64,000 nucleotides of DNA. Origin: an uncultured virus (IMG/VR IMGVR_UViG_3300024432_002033). Its lineage: Duplodnaviria; Heunggongvirae; Uroviricota; Caudoviricetes. Position numbers and translations under genes: made by a program. Positions within the stretch are counted from its first letter, which is position 1, and each line of letters begins with the position of its first letter. The notes below the pieces were generated by a model. That model was not told the origin of the DNA, did no database searches, and saw only the letters and a list, made by a program, of their open reading frames with translations. The DNA lies in IMG/VR virus record IMGVR_UViG_3300024432_002033. One strand, given 5' to 3'. Positions 39,748 to 48,885 of this stretch are shown here, one piece after another.

Positions 39748-40161
39748 TTATCCGATTATAGACTTGGCGATGTAGGCTTCTATTGATACACCTTGGATTA
39801 TCCAGTCGGGCGCGCCTACCCTTAAATTGCAGAATAGCTCAGCGGGATGTGTGATCCCTACCTTGCCAAGCAGCTCAGCGGTGGCCTGAGCCTCGAATCT
39901 GCCCAGTAGCTCAGCGGAGCCCGACTGCTGAACCTCAGCCTTGCCCAGGAGCTCAGCGGTGGCCTGAGCCTCGAATCTGCCCAGTAGCTCAGCGGAGCCC
40001 GACTGCTGAACCTCAGCCTTGCCCAGGAGCTCAGCGGTGGCCTGAGCCTCGAATCTGCCCAGTAACTCAGCAGTGGCCTGAGCCTCGAATTTGCCGAGTA
40101 GATCCTGGCTGTTCTGGCCCACTTCGAAATAAGCGTCGAGGTTTTCTGATCCGGAGGCCAA
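39748..40161 (-). CDS. virion protein made almost entirely of ELLG repeats
   Basis: AELLGRFEAQAT and AELLGKAEVQQSGS tandem units. Confidence 0.75.
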   Translation of the reverse strand: MASGSENLDAYFEVGQNSQDLLGKFEAQATAELLGRFEAQATAELLGKAEVQQSGSAELLGRFEAQATAELLGKAEVQQSGSAELLGRFEAQATAELLGKVGITHPAELFCNLRVGAPDWIIQGVSIEAYIAKSIIG

Positions 40162-40824
40162 CTATACCATCTCCCCTATCTCGGCTATTTTGAAGAGTAC
40201 GTGGAAGTCGCTGGCGGTGCCTCCGGTCTCATTGACGAGGGCGCAGTGCAAGTTGTATTCATGGTCCTCGCCGGGGTCTTTCCTATCTTTGTAGAGTATC
40301 AGGTTGTTGACGAGGCTCTCCCCATACCAGCCGCCCTGGATGCTGGTGAGGACTATGTTGCGCCTTATGACGTTTTTATACATCTCGATCCGGTTTCCCT
40401 CGTAGACGGGCAGCTCCTCCCAGACCTCGAAGGTGATCTCCATACTTCCCGCTGCCAGCTGCACGATCTTGATCTGGGCGATCTTGCACCAGCGGCTCTT
40501 GATGGGTATGTCGAATTCTACGCGTTCGCCCAGCGTGAGGTTTGCCTGGTAGAGGTTTCCGCTGAGCTGCCCCTTGTAGCTGTTTGTCAGGCCGGCGTCT
40601 AGGACTAGGGTGGTCGCTGTCTTGCTGTTTATCGTGATGGTCTCGGTATTCCCGCGGAGCCCCGTGTCCGGATCGATGCCCGCGGTATCGTCGTAGATTT
40701 CCGCGGTCGCGCCCGCCGCGGTGAAGTGGGTCGTATCCGCCACGTAGAGGATCAGGGCGTCGACTGCAGCATCCTGAGTGAGATAGCTGCCCTTGACGTA
40801 GTCCTTCTCAACGATGTACGGCAA
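40162..40824 (-). CDS. putative virion protein
   Basis: co-oriented downstream of capsid gene, GGAGG SD. Confidence 0.6.
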   Translation of the reverse strand: MPYIVEKDYVKGSYLTQDAAVDALILYVADTTHFTAAGATAEIYDDTAGIDPDTGLRGNTETITINSKTATTLVLDAGLTNSYKGQLSGNLYQANLTLGERVEFDIPIKSRWCKIAQIKIVQLAAGSMEITFEVWEELPVYEGNRIEMYKNVIRRNIVLTSIQGGWYGESLVNNLILYKDRKDPGEDHEYNLHCALVNETGGTASDFHVLFKIAEIGEMV

Positions 40825-40836
40825 CTTGGGGGCCTC

Positions 40837-41397
40837 CTAGATGGTGAACTTGCAATATAGATCCACAGAGGGCCAAGCGATTCTTGCGACTCGGGTGCCG
40901 CCGATCAGCCATCCGATGAGTTTTATGGTATAGTCGAGGGTGTTAGCTCCGGAAGCTGTTGCTTTGTAGACTATGCTGAAGTCCGTGCTCATCTCCACCG
41001 TGATGAGGCGGGAGCTTATACGATCATTCACATCACCGCAGTAGACAATTTCCGTGTGTCCTACGAGGATTCCTGGCTCCGCGGCTCCATGCTCAGGTGC
41101 GGCGAATTCAAGTTGACCGTCGGTTGGGGTAGAGATGTCTGAGTCGTTGACTGCGACGTCGAGGATCACGGCGATGGCGTCTTGGGGGATGGTGTGGCCT
41201 GCGGTTGTCACGAGAGGGGCGAGTTTCAGTGGGGTCCAGTTGGTTGTGCTGAGGCCGGTCCCAACGCTCCCTGAGGTTAGCACGGCGTCGAGGGTCATAA
41301 GATGGATTCCTAGGATGTCAAGCTGCTGGCTGCCCATGAAGAGGCCTTTCTCGATCCGCTCCGGGTGATGTCGATATCTTGTTTCCTTCTCCACCAT
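40837..41397 (-). CDS. putative minor capsid/decoration protein (paralog)
   Basis: RHHP.RIE.GL.MGSQQLDILG...GWLIGGTRV shared with 41425..41955. Confidence 0.65.
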   Translation of the reverse strand: MVEKETRYRHHPERIEKGLFMGSQQLDILGIHLMTLDAVLTSGSVGTGLSTTNWTPLKLAPLVTTAGHTIPQDAIAVILDVAVNDSDISTPTDGQLEFAAPEHGAAEPGILVGHTEIVYCGDVNDRISSRLITVEMSTDFSIVYKATASGANTLDYTIKLIGWLIGGTRVARIAWPSVDLYCKFTI

Positions 41398-41424
41398 TTT
41401 TTTTCCTCCTAATCATGGTGAAGG

Positions 41425-41955
41425 TTAGCGGACGAAGAGTTTGCCGAGTAGATCTTCAGCTATGGGTGTAATCTTGGATACGCGGGTGCCGCCGATCAGC
41501 CATCCGAGGAGACGTATGTTGTAGTTTAAACCGGTCTGTGCTGCAATTTTATAGTAGATGCTGTCATTCGTGGTGAGCTCCACGATGACTATTCGGGAGA
41601 AGACGCGTTCATTTACGTTGGCGCAGTAGACGAAGCTGACTTTACCGGAGGTCTCGGGAGTAAGAGCGGTGAATGAGCCGGTGGGGCAGAAAGCTATGTA
41701 GCACTGCCCAACAGATGAGGTATCGTCGTCGATGTCGACATCAAGGATAACCGCTATAGCATCGTCGGGGACGGTGACTAGGTTGCTTAGAGTCAGCTCT
41801 TTCCATTCTGTAGTGGTAGCTACGGCTGTTTCTGTTACTATAAGGGCGTCTTGCAGATCAGCGCGGTATCCTAGGATGTCGAGCTGTTGAGAGCCCATGT
41901 AGAGCCCATTCTCTATCCTAACTGGGTGATGTCGGAACTTGGTTTCCTTAAACAT
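41425..41955 (-). CDS. putative minor capsid/decoration protein (paralog)
   Basis: paralog of 40837..41397, directly after the capsid gene. Confidence 0.65.
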   Translation of the reverse strand: MFKETKFRHHPVRIENGLYMGSQQLDILGYRADLQDALIVTETAVATTTEWKELTLSNLVTVPDDAIAVILDVDIDDDTSSVGQCYIAFCPTGSFTALTPETSGKVSFVYCANVNERVFSRIVIVELTTNDSIYYKIAAQTGLNYNIRLLGWLIGGTRVSKITPIAEDLLGKLFVR

Positions 41956-42117
41956 TTCTCTTTTTTTTCCTCCTAACCTTTTCTGTTTCTCCCCCATTTA
42001 TTCTCCGGGGAAGCGTCCAGAGAGGTCCGTAACCGTCTTAAGGGGCGGTCTCCGGGCCCATTGTCCCTCCAACCGTTTTTAATAAAAGTGGCGGGTTGGC
42101 CGCCATTTCAAGGGGGA

Positions 42118-43161
42118 TTAGAACGTGATCGTATCCGGACTATCGTAGGTTGCGTCTGCTGTGATTTCCATTGCCGCTCCCGCGCCTCGGTGGCATACGG
42201 CCATGTCGAAGCGGTGGGAGTAGTAGGCTTCCTGCAGGGGATAGGCCGAGTATGGGCCTTCCCAGAGCTTGAGTCCCTGAGCCGTTTTGTTGAGGGGCAG
42301 TCGCATGGTGATGGGTCTGATCTTCGCCTCGATGGCGAGCAGGTAATTCTCGGGGATCCAGTCGTCCTGGATTACCGTGAAGCCCTGGAACTGCTTGATC
42401 GCTTCGAAGCCCTGTGTCGCGACGGTCTCGACGATGGTGTTGGGGGTCATGGCGGTGGTCCAGCCTGCGAGGTCTTCGCATTCCTGGACCTGGAGCGAAT
42501 TCATGAAGAGGAACAGCGGTCCCGAGTAGCCGTGCTCTCGGATATTCCTCTTCAGTGATGTGAGGTCGTTGAGGGCGATGTCCGCGGCCCCGGATGTGGT
42601 GTAGTGTTGGTGGGTTACTGTGAATGAGTTGCCCTTCCATGAGGGCGGTGCGGCGCCGTCTCCCGCTGCCATGTTGGCGTCCCACCAGCCCACTGACGCG
42701 GTAGCTCTCAGGGCCCCCGTGCCTGGGATCAGGCTTCTGAAGAAGAACCTCTTGGCAAGGAGCCTCTGGTCGGCGCGTAGCGCCTCGGCCTGTGTCTCCT
42801 TCAGCTCGCCGGCCGTCGAGTCCTGAATCGCCTTCTTGGTGAAGGCGAAGCCGATCTCGAATTCCTCGAGCGGAAGCATTATCTCGGTGGCCCTGATCTT
42901 CTGCCAGGTCTCAAGGTAGCCCTCGGCTGCGGTCACGAACTCCATGTTTCGCTGCCAGATGCGCACGCTTTCCTTCGATGTTTCCCTCACGAATCTCTTG
43001 AGCAGGCCCCACTCGACCTCGTTGTACATCTGGACGCCCTGCTGGAACTCCTTGTAGAGCATCCGGCTGTCCACGTCGTCGGAGGTGAGGAGCCCGTAGG
43101 TGGGGGCAACTAGTCTGTCGTATCCCGCTGTCCCTGTTACGTCGGTTAGATATTCAGGCAT
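42118..43161 (-). CDS. major capsid protein (HK97 fold inferred)
   Basis: 347 aa after scaffold and cement; FQGFTVIQDDWIP, RFDMAV pattern; followed by a hairpin. Confidence 0.85.
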   Translation of the reverse strand: MPEYLTDVTGTAGYDRLVAPTYGLLTSDDVDSRMLYKEFQQGVQMYNEVEWGLLKRFVRETSKESVRIWQRNMEFVTAAEGYLETWQKIRATEIMLPLEEFEIGFAFTKKAIQDSTAGELKETQAEALRADQRLLAKRFFFRSLIPGTGALRATASVGWWDANMAAGDGAAPPSWKGNSFTVTHQHYTTSGAADIALNDLTSLKRNIREHGYSGPLFLFMNSLQVQECEDLAGWTTAMTPNTIVETVATQGFEAIKQFQGFTVIQDDWIPENYLLAIEAKIRPITMRLPLNKTAQGLKLWEGPYSAYPLQEAYYSHRFDMAVCHRGAGAAMEITADATYDSPDTITF

Positions 43162-43167
43162 TTCATA

Positions 43168-43554
43168 TCACTCCGCTGCGCTCAGGTTGTCGATGTGGAT
43201 GAAGAGTAGATATTCCTCGATAGCCCATCCACATGGGTTTCCTGTGAGAATAGTGTCTGGAGTGCAGCCATCGGCGTCCGTTCCACCATAGGCTAGATCA
43301 CCTATGGTATCCTGGGCGTGCACCGTTTTGAGGCGTCCATGTGTGACGATCACGAGCTTATCGCCGGGGTTGGCGTCGGTGAGGGCGAGGCCGTGTACTC
43401 TGTCGTCTCCGCTGAGGTCGACGATGATTTCACCGCTGGAGTTGATCTGGCAGGCGTAGCCTTTGTAGACCTTGACCACATCGGCATTGACCGTTGCCTT
43501 TATGGTCATTCTGGGGTCGTACATGTCCCAGCCTACTGATTTGTAGTTGGCCAT
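43168..43554 (-). CDS. capsid cement / head decoration protein
   Basis: VHGLALTDANPGD.LVIVTHG; position before the capsid gene. Confidence 0.75.
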   Translation of the reverse strand: MANYKSVGWDMYDPRMTIKATVNADVVKVYKGYACQINSSGEIIVDLSGDDRVHGLALTDANPGDKLVIVTHGRLKTVHAQDTIGDLAYGGTDADGCTPDTILTGNPCGWAIEEYLLFIHIDNLSAAE

Positions 43555-44597
43555 TAGCTAGCCCTCCTCTTTGTGCCCTTTTCGAAGATGAGATCGTCGA
43601 TTCCGTGCTCTTTTAGAAGTCTCATTCTGGTTCCCTCGTCTAATTCCGGGAGCTCGCCGGGTCGTCTCACATCGGTCTGTCCGACATCCTCAAAACCTCT
43701 GAATTTCTGCGTCGCGAAGGTGCTCAGGAGCTCGTCGTGGTAGGTCTCAGGAAGTTTGGCCATCAATTTGATCACGTGATCCCTCTGCTTGGGGGCTAGA
43801 TGCTTCTCATCGATCTGCTCATCGACTCTCTGAGCGATCTCGGCGAGGCGTCTCTCCTCCTTGAGGCGTGTAAGTTCAAGTTTCAGTTCGTCTAATTCCT
43901 CGCGGCCCTTGGAGAGCTCACTTGCCTTTTCCCTCAGTTCGTCTAATTCCTCGCGGACCTTGGAGAGCTCACTTGCCTTTTCCTTCAGCTCGTCGAATTC
44001 CTTGCGGAGCTCGGGGGCGAGCTCGCTTGCCTTCTTCTCGGGGTACTCGTATTCGTCCTTTTTCTTTTTCTTGGCCAGCTCGATCTCGTCCTTCCACTCG
44101 GATTCAGCCAGTTGCTCAACCTCGGATTCCTCCTCCTTCTTGGGTGCGGGGTATTTTTCCTTGTATTCCTTGGCGCACTCGCCCATGGATTTGCCAGCCT
44201 TCATGCATTTATCCATGAAGTCTTTGTAGGAGGGGCCTGCGGCCTTCTCCTCCTCTTCCTCGAGTTCCGCGACCTTCTCGGAGGCCTTCTTCTCCTCCTC
44301 CTCTTCCTCGTCTTCCTCGGCCTTCTTCTTGGCGGCCTTCTTCTCCTCCTCCTCTTCCTCCTCTTCCTCGTCTTTCTTCTTCAGGAGGAGCGTGACGGCT
44401 TCGAGGAGTTCGACGTTGGACATGTCGTCGCTGATTCCGAGGATCTTCATGGCTTCGGAGTACTTGTCTGGCTTTAGGGATTCTTTCAGGAAGCTCTGTA
44501 GCTCTGTTATCGTGTTGGAGCCCGATGTATCTTCATCGAGATCCAGAGTGTCAAATTCGATTATGTCTTCTGCGTTACCTTTTCCATTTTCGGACAA
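43554..44597 (-). CDS. capsid scaffolding protein
   Basis: Glu/Lys-rich coiled coil, 17-aa EKASEL repeats; likely TTG start 44597. Confidence 0.75.
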   Translation of the reverse strand: MSENGKGNAEDIIEFDTLDLDEDTSGSNTITELQSFLKESLKPDKYSEAMKILGISDDMSNVELLEAVTLLLKKKDEEEEEEEEEKKAAKKKAEEDEEEEEEKKASEKVAELEEEEEKAAGPSYKDFMDKCMKAGKSMGECAKEYKEKYPAPKKEEESEVEQLAESEWKDEIELAKKKKKDEYEYPEKKASELAPELRKEFDELKEKASELSKVREELDELREKASELSKGREELDELKLELTRLKEERRLAEIAQRVDEQIDEKHLAPKQRDHVIKLMAKLPETYHDELLSTFATQKFRGFEDVGQTDVRRPGELPELDEGTRMRLLKEHGIDDLIFEKGTKRRAS

Positions 44598-44621
44598 GGT
44601 GTTTCTCCCACCGTAGAAAAC

Positions 44622-44640
44622 GGTTAAGCTGTATTTAACC
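44622..44640 (-). promoter_or_regulatory. operator B
   Basis: GGTTA-AATACAGCT-TAACC followed by GTTTT. Confidence 0.7.
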
Positions 44641-44681
44641 AATACCGACAGGGCTACCGACAGGACTGTTATCGTGCGCGA

Positions 44682-46964
44682 CTATCTGGCCTTGATCTTG
44701 AATGGATCTTCAGAGTAGAAGGGTATATCCTCCAAGCTGAAGACAGCCTCCTCGTCCTCGGTATCCACAATCATGAGCCTGCGGCCCCCGCTAGTCAGGT
44801 ACAAGCTCATCATTTTTTCCATACGAGATTCCCAGTAGTCCATCGCCCTCTCCTGGGCTGACCTAATCTCGGCAGCTCGAATCCTCATGGGTCTCAGGCC
44901 TAAGACTATGCGGCGATTGGGGTCGTTAATATCTCGAGAGTAGAGGCTTGCTACCGTCCCATAGGTCGTGGCTCTCCTGATCAGCTTCGGGGTCTCGGTT
45001 ATATCCGTCCAGGAATCGTAGACCAGCAAGTTTTCGTTGATCAGCCAGGATTTGATATCATCCATGACCCCCTGGATGACATATTCGAGCAGGGCGTCAC
45101 TTAATTCGGTCTCGTTAAGCTCCACGACTCCATTGAGGTAATGCCGATTTGTCCATAGTCGGTAGGGGTGTCTGATCCATAGCTTGGTGAAGAGGCGTTC
45201 CGAGTGTGTGACCTGGAATTTCGCCGACAGATCCGTCGCTGTCGAGTGGCGAACGGTGAATGTGCTGAGGAGTCTCTCCCAATGTAGTACCCTGAGTCTA
45301 CCAAGCAGGTCCCTCCAGTGGCATACACTCACGTAAGCGTCAAGGTCCCAGACAGCGGAGTGCCTTACCACGAATTTACCGGGGAGAACCACTGAATGCG
45401 CGCGCGGCTGTCTGATATCCGCTCTACTGGGCAGTTCTACGGGGATACCCACATGTCTGATATTGGTCTTTCCGAGCAGCTCTACTGGGATCCCAGCGTG
45501 CCTGATGATGCATCTCCCGAGAAGATCGACGCTCGTCGAGTGCCTGATCCTCGATCTCGCGAGGAGCTCGGTGAGGCTTGAGTGCCTAATGCCTGCCTTC
45601 CCGAGTAGATTGGAGGATGTGGAATGTCTGACGGTGAACTTACAGAGGGGGGCGAAGGTGGCGATATGCCTTACAGAGAAACTTCCAAGCAGATCCGCGC
45701 TCGCCAGATTACTGATCTCTGATGTCGAGAGGAGATCGACGCTATCGGTATGTCTTATGATCGATTTCGCGAGCATGCCGGCGCTCGCGGAGTACTTAAC
45801 GGTCAGTTTTCCGAGGAGCTCCGTTGATCCTAGATTTCGTATCTCCCCATGGCAGAGGAGTTCCACGGAGGAGGATGATCTTACGACAAGCGTTCCGAGG
45901 ATCTCGATAGAGCCCGAGTGCCTAATCTCAGTTTTAGCCGAAATCTCAGTGGATCCCGGTTGCCTAATATCGCCCCTACCGAGCAATTCGGCCGTGGTTG
46001 AATGTCTGGCCTCGAATTCCCCAAGTAGCTCAGTGGAGGAGGAGAGTACCCCGACCGTGAGTTTGCCGAGCAGATTCACTGAGGTTTCATGTCTGACGAA
46101 GAATTTTCCGTGTAGGTCCACCGAGCTAGAGGAGAGTACCCCGACCGTGAGTTTGCCGAGCAGATTCACTGAGGTTTCATGTCTGACGAAGAATTTTCCG
46201 TGTAGGTCCACCGAGCTAGAGGAGAGAAGTCGATCCTCCGCTGAAATCAGGACTAGGTTTGTGCTTACCGAGACCTCCCCTTTATCCACATCGGAGCGAA
46301 GATACAGATCCAGTTCCGGTCGTCCCGGTTGTCGTGAAATAAAATTGGCCAGCAGCTCCTGTGAGCCATCACGCCTGATAATAAATTCTCCAAGAAGCTC
46401 TTGGCTGCCGGACGGTCCTACAACTTCGAATTCTGCGAGTAAATCCGCGGTGCCCATCTGCCTGACGATGAACTCTCCAAGAAGATCTTGGCTGCCGGAC
46501 GGTAAAGTATAGTAGACAGTTATCTCAACGAAGTCTACGTACATGGTGTTTGCTTTGCCGGTACTCGCGTACTGGATCGCGCACTGGAAGTTCGCGGAGT
46601 TAATGTGAGCGGCTGTATATGTTCCGAACCAAAGATCCCCGTCCCCTCCCGCAGAGGCCAGTGAGGCGTCGGCGCAGCCGTGAACAGGCGGTGCTCCCTG
46701 ATATCCATCAAGAACTCCAAAAACGTCTTTCAGGGCAATTTTAAATATGTCGCCGCCATCCCCACCATATCTAAAAAGGGCGTAAAGCCCGGTAATAGTC
46801 GCCCCGTCGGGTATGGTGAAGGGATTGTTAGTGAAGTTATAGGTGTTAACGTCAGTGTCCGTACTCGTGGATGTGCATGCATCGTCATCCACGAAGGCGT
46901 TATCGGGGTTAGCCCATTCTGAATCGACTGTATTGTTGACGAATCTCGTCTGTGAGGCCATCAC
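44682..46964 (-). CDS. adaptor-domain paralog 3 with N-terminal jelly-roll-like domain and long ELLG repeat array
   Basis: C-terminal TPKLIRRATTYGTVASLY domain; exact 90-bp tandem duplication about 46039-46226. Confidence 0.7.
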   Translation of the reverse strand: MMASQTRFVNNTVDSEWANPDNAFVDDDACTSTSTDTDVNTYNFTNNPFTIPDGATITGLYALFRYGGDGGDIFKIALKDVFGVLDGYQGAPPVHGCADASLASAGGDGDLWFGTYTAAHINSANFQCAIQYASTGKANTMYVDFVEITVYYTLPSGSQDLLGEFIVRQMGTADLLAEFEVVGPSGSQELLGEFIIRRDGSQELLANFISRQPGRPELDLYLRSDVDKGEVSVSTNLVLISAEDRLLSSSSVDLHGKFFVRHETSVNLLGKLTVGVLSSSSVDLHGKFFVRHETSVNLLGKLTVGVLSSSTELLGEFEARHSTTAELLGRGDIRQPGSTEISAKTEIRHSGSIEILGTLVVRSSSSVELLCHGEIRNLGSTELLGKLTVKYSASAGMLAKSIIRHTDSVDLLSTSEISNLASADLLGSFSVRHIATFAPLCKFTVRHSTSSNLLGKAGIRHSSLTELLARSRIRHSTSVDLLGRCIIRHAGIPVELLGKTNIRHVGIPVELPSRADIRQPRAHSVVLPGKFVVRHSAVWDLDAYVSVCHWRDLLGRLRVLHWERLLSTFTVRHSTATDLSAKFQVTHSERLFTKLWIRHPYRLWTNRHYLNGVVELNETELSDALLEYVIQGVMDDIKSWLINENLLVYDSWTDITETPKLIRRATTYGTVASLYSRDINDPNRRIVLGLRPMRIRAAEIRSAQERAMDYWESRMEKMMSLYLTSGGRRLMIVDTEDEEAVFSLEDIPFYSEDPFKIKAR

Positions 46965-47386
46965 CCGACACCGACCATTCGATAGCCGCAGCCCTCAAGG
47001 AGCTCATGCCTAGGAGGACAGTGAGCCGGGTCATCCGGGTTCGGATAGTTCAGGCACTCCCGAAGATAGTACTCCCGAACACGCTGCGTCAAACCGTCTA
47101 GGTCAAACTCGCCAGACCTGATGAGACACTCGTAGCGGCCATCGGGCAGTTCAGAGAGATATAAACATCCAAAGGTTCTAGGTCCCTTCATGGGGTCGTA
47201 GCCTGTCATGAACCATTCTGAGACGAAGGTCTTACAGCACTCCCCGCAGCGCTTGCAGTCACCCGTTTTTCGCCATCGAGCCGACATCGCGGAATCATCC
47301 ATAAATTGGTTCACCAAATCCTTTGGGGCAGACATCATGATGCCTCTAAGCTGATTCCACTTCATTATCAGTTGTATCGAAGACAT
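46961..47386 (-). CDS. YkgJ-like CxxCxxCC protein
   Basis: CKRCGECC...CLYL...CLNYP. Confidence 0.7.
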   Translation of the reverse strand: MSSIQLIMKWNQLRGIMMSAPKDLVNQFMDDSAMSARWRKTGDCKRCGECCKTFVSEWFMTGYDPMKGPRTFGCLYLSELPDGRYECLIRSGEFDLDGLTQRVREYYLRECLNYPNPDDPAHCPPRHELLEGCGYRMVGVG

Positions 47387-48809
47387 TGGGGCTTCCGTCT
47401 TTCTGAGCTCGCACGAAGTACTTTGTCTTGATCAGATTCGTGAAAGAGTAGTCGCCGTTGCCGTCGCTCATACCCGATTCTATGAAGAGATAAGTGGGAG
47501 GACTGCCAATCATCATCCTGAAGAGCGCGACCTCACAATTGCCCAATCTGTTTCCGGCCCTATCCTTCGTTATCCCGGTGATGCTGTAGATGGCGGGGAT
47601 GACGAATTCGCCGAGCAGATCGGCAGTTCCATCTTCGAGGGGCGGTTCTATGTAGCAGACGAGGCCCCAGTAGGCGTCACGGATAGTAGGTGAAGAATCT
47701 GGATCGACCTCTAAACTCACATACTCGTCGAGAGCCACAGTGTCCTCAAGCGCCCCCGAATTCCCAGTGGTGGCAGCCTCAGCGATAGTTGTGACCACAT
47801 TACTATCTGCGCCAGCCAGCCTGATGGTGAAGTCATATTTGTTCCCAGCCCCGGGGGAACCAGCCAGTAAAACATAGAACTTCTTAAGGGTGCAGACTTG
47901 GCCGAGCTGGTAGCACTCATTCTCGTTGGCGATCCAGAGCTGAAGATCTTGTCCTGGTAAGATGGAGTTGTACTCTGTGTCAACCTGGGGAAGGTTGTTA
48001 GAGGTCGCTCCGAGTATGATGCTCTCGCCATCGGTGTCGGCGACGAATGTCATACCCCAGATAGCGGGGGGTGACACCGAAGGCCCGTTAAGAGGCTCGA
48101 TCATCATGGTGAGAATGTCGTCCGCAACAACAACCAGATTATGGACAAGGTCGTTCCCAGTGGTGTCATTCGCTGTGATTGTGACGATTAAACTCTGGGC
48201 AACCGTCGCCCCGTTTAGCCTCACCGTGAATCTGTAGGCATCTGGATCCGTCCCAGGGTCAAGCTGAATCCAAACATAGAAATTCTTGATCGTCCCTGAA
48301 GTAGGGACAACCTGACGATAATTAAGCTCGGTGATGCCGTAATTACTTCCGCCCATTACCTGACAGTATTCAGTAGCTGAATTGCTTAAGGCAAACCCCG
48401 ATCCTCCCTGTATGAGACTTTCCGCAGCCGTATCACCCTCAAACACACAGCTCCAAGTAGCATACACTGGGGTAGGTGTATCTGTAGGAATGCACCGAAG
48501 AGAAACGAGATCGCTACCGGTGACGGTGATCTCATTAACCATGTTGCTGCCAGTGGTGGCGGCACCAACAATATCAAAGGTTAAAGCAGTTGGGTTCTCA
48601 TTGAGCATCAGAGTGAAAGTATATTTATCGGTACCCCCAGGGGCACCACTCAGTTTCACTCGAAGGTGCTTGATTACACCATCGGTGCTAACAATTTTAG
48701 CACGCCAGGTCTCCGTTGCGGTCCAAAGATACCCGCCGACTAGCGAATTATACTCAGTGTCAGTGTCATTTAGAAGGTCATAGTAGCCGCCGAAAAGCAC
48801 TTGCTCCAA
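47346..48809 (-). CDS. virion protein with three internal beta repeats and C-terminal Ig-like domain
   Basis: repeated TEYN...IK.F.V.L...PG..KY.FT units. Confidence 0.65.
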   Translation of the reverse strand: MEQVLFGGYYDLLNDTDTEYNSLVGGYLWTATETWRAKIVSTDGVIKHLRVKLSGAPGGTDKYTFTLMLNENPTALTFDIVGAATTGSNMVNEITVTGSDLVSLRCIPTDTPTPVYATWSCVFEGDTAAESLIQGGSGFALSNSATEYCQVMGGSNYGITELNYRQVVPTSGTIKNFYVWIQLDPGTDPDAYRFTVRLNGATVAQSLIVTITANDTTGNDLVHNLVVVADDILTMMIEPLNGPSVSPPAIWGMTFVADTDGESIILGATSNNLPQVDTEYNSILPGQDLQLWIANENECYQLGQVCTLKKFYVLLAGSPGAGNKYDFTIRLAGADSNVVTTIAEAATTGNSGALEDTVALDEYVSLEVDPDSSPTIRDAYWGLVCYIEPPLEDGTADLLGEFVIPAIYSITGITKDRAGNRLGNCEVALFRMMIGSPPTYLFIESGMSDGNGDYSFTNLIKTKYFVRAQKDGSPNVFDTTDNEVESA

Positions 48810-48856
48810 CTAGAACATCCTCCTGTACCTAATCCGGGATATTAATTGCGGGGTGT

Positions 48857-48885
48857 TTTAAAAAACGGTTGCCTTGTGCTTAACT
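48857..48885 (-). promoter_or_regulatory. operator B plus TATA
   Basis: AGTTA-AGCACAAGG-CAACCGTTTTTTAAAA. Confidence 0.7.

Noticed and set aside
45463..46512. 349-aa plus-strand ORF and similar antisense ORFs
   Set aside because: Shadow frames of repeat-rich minus-strand genes with no motifs
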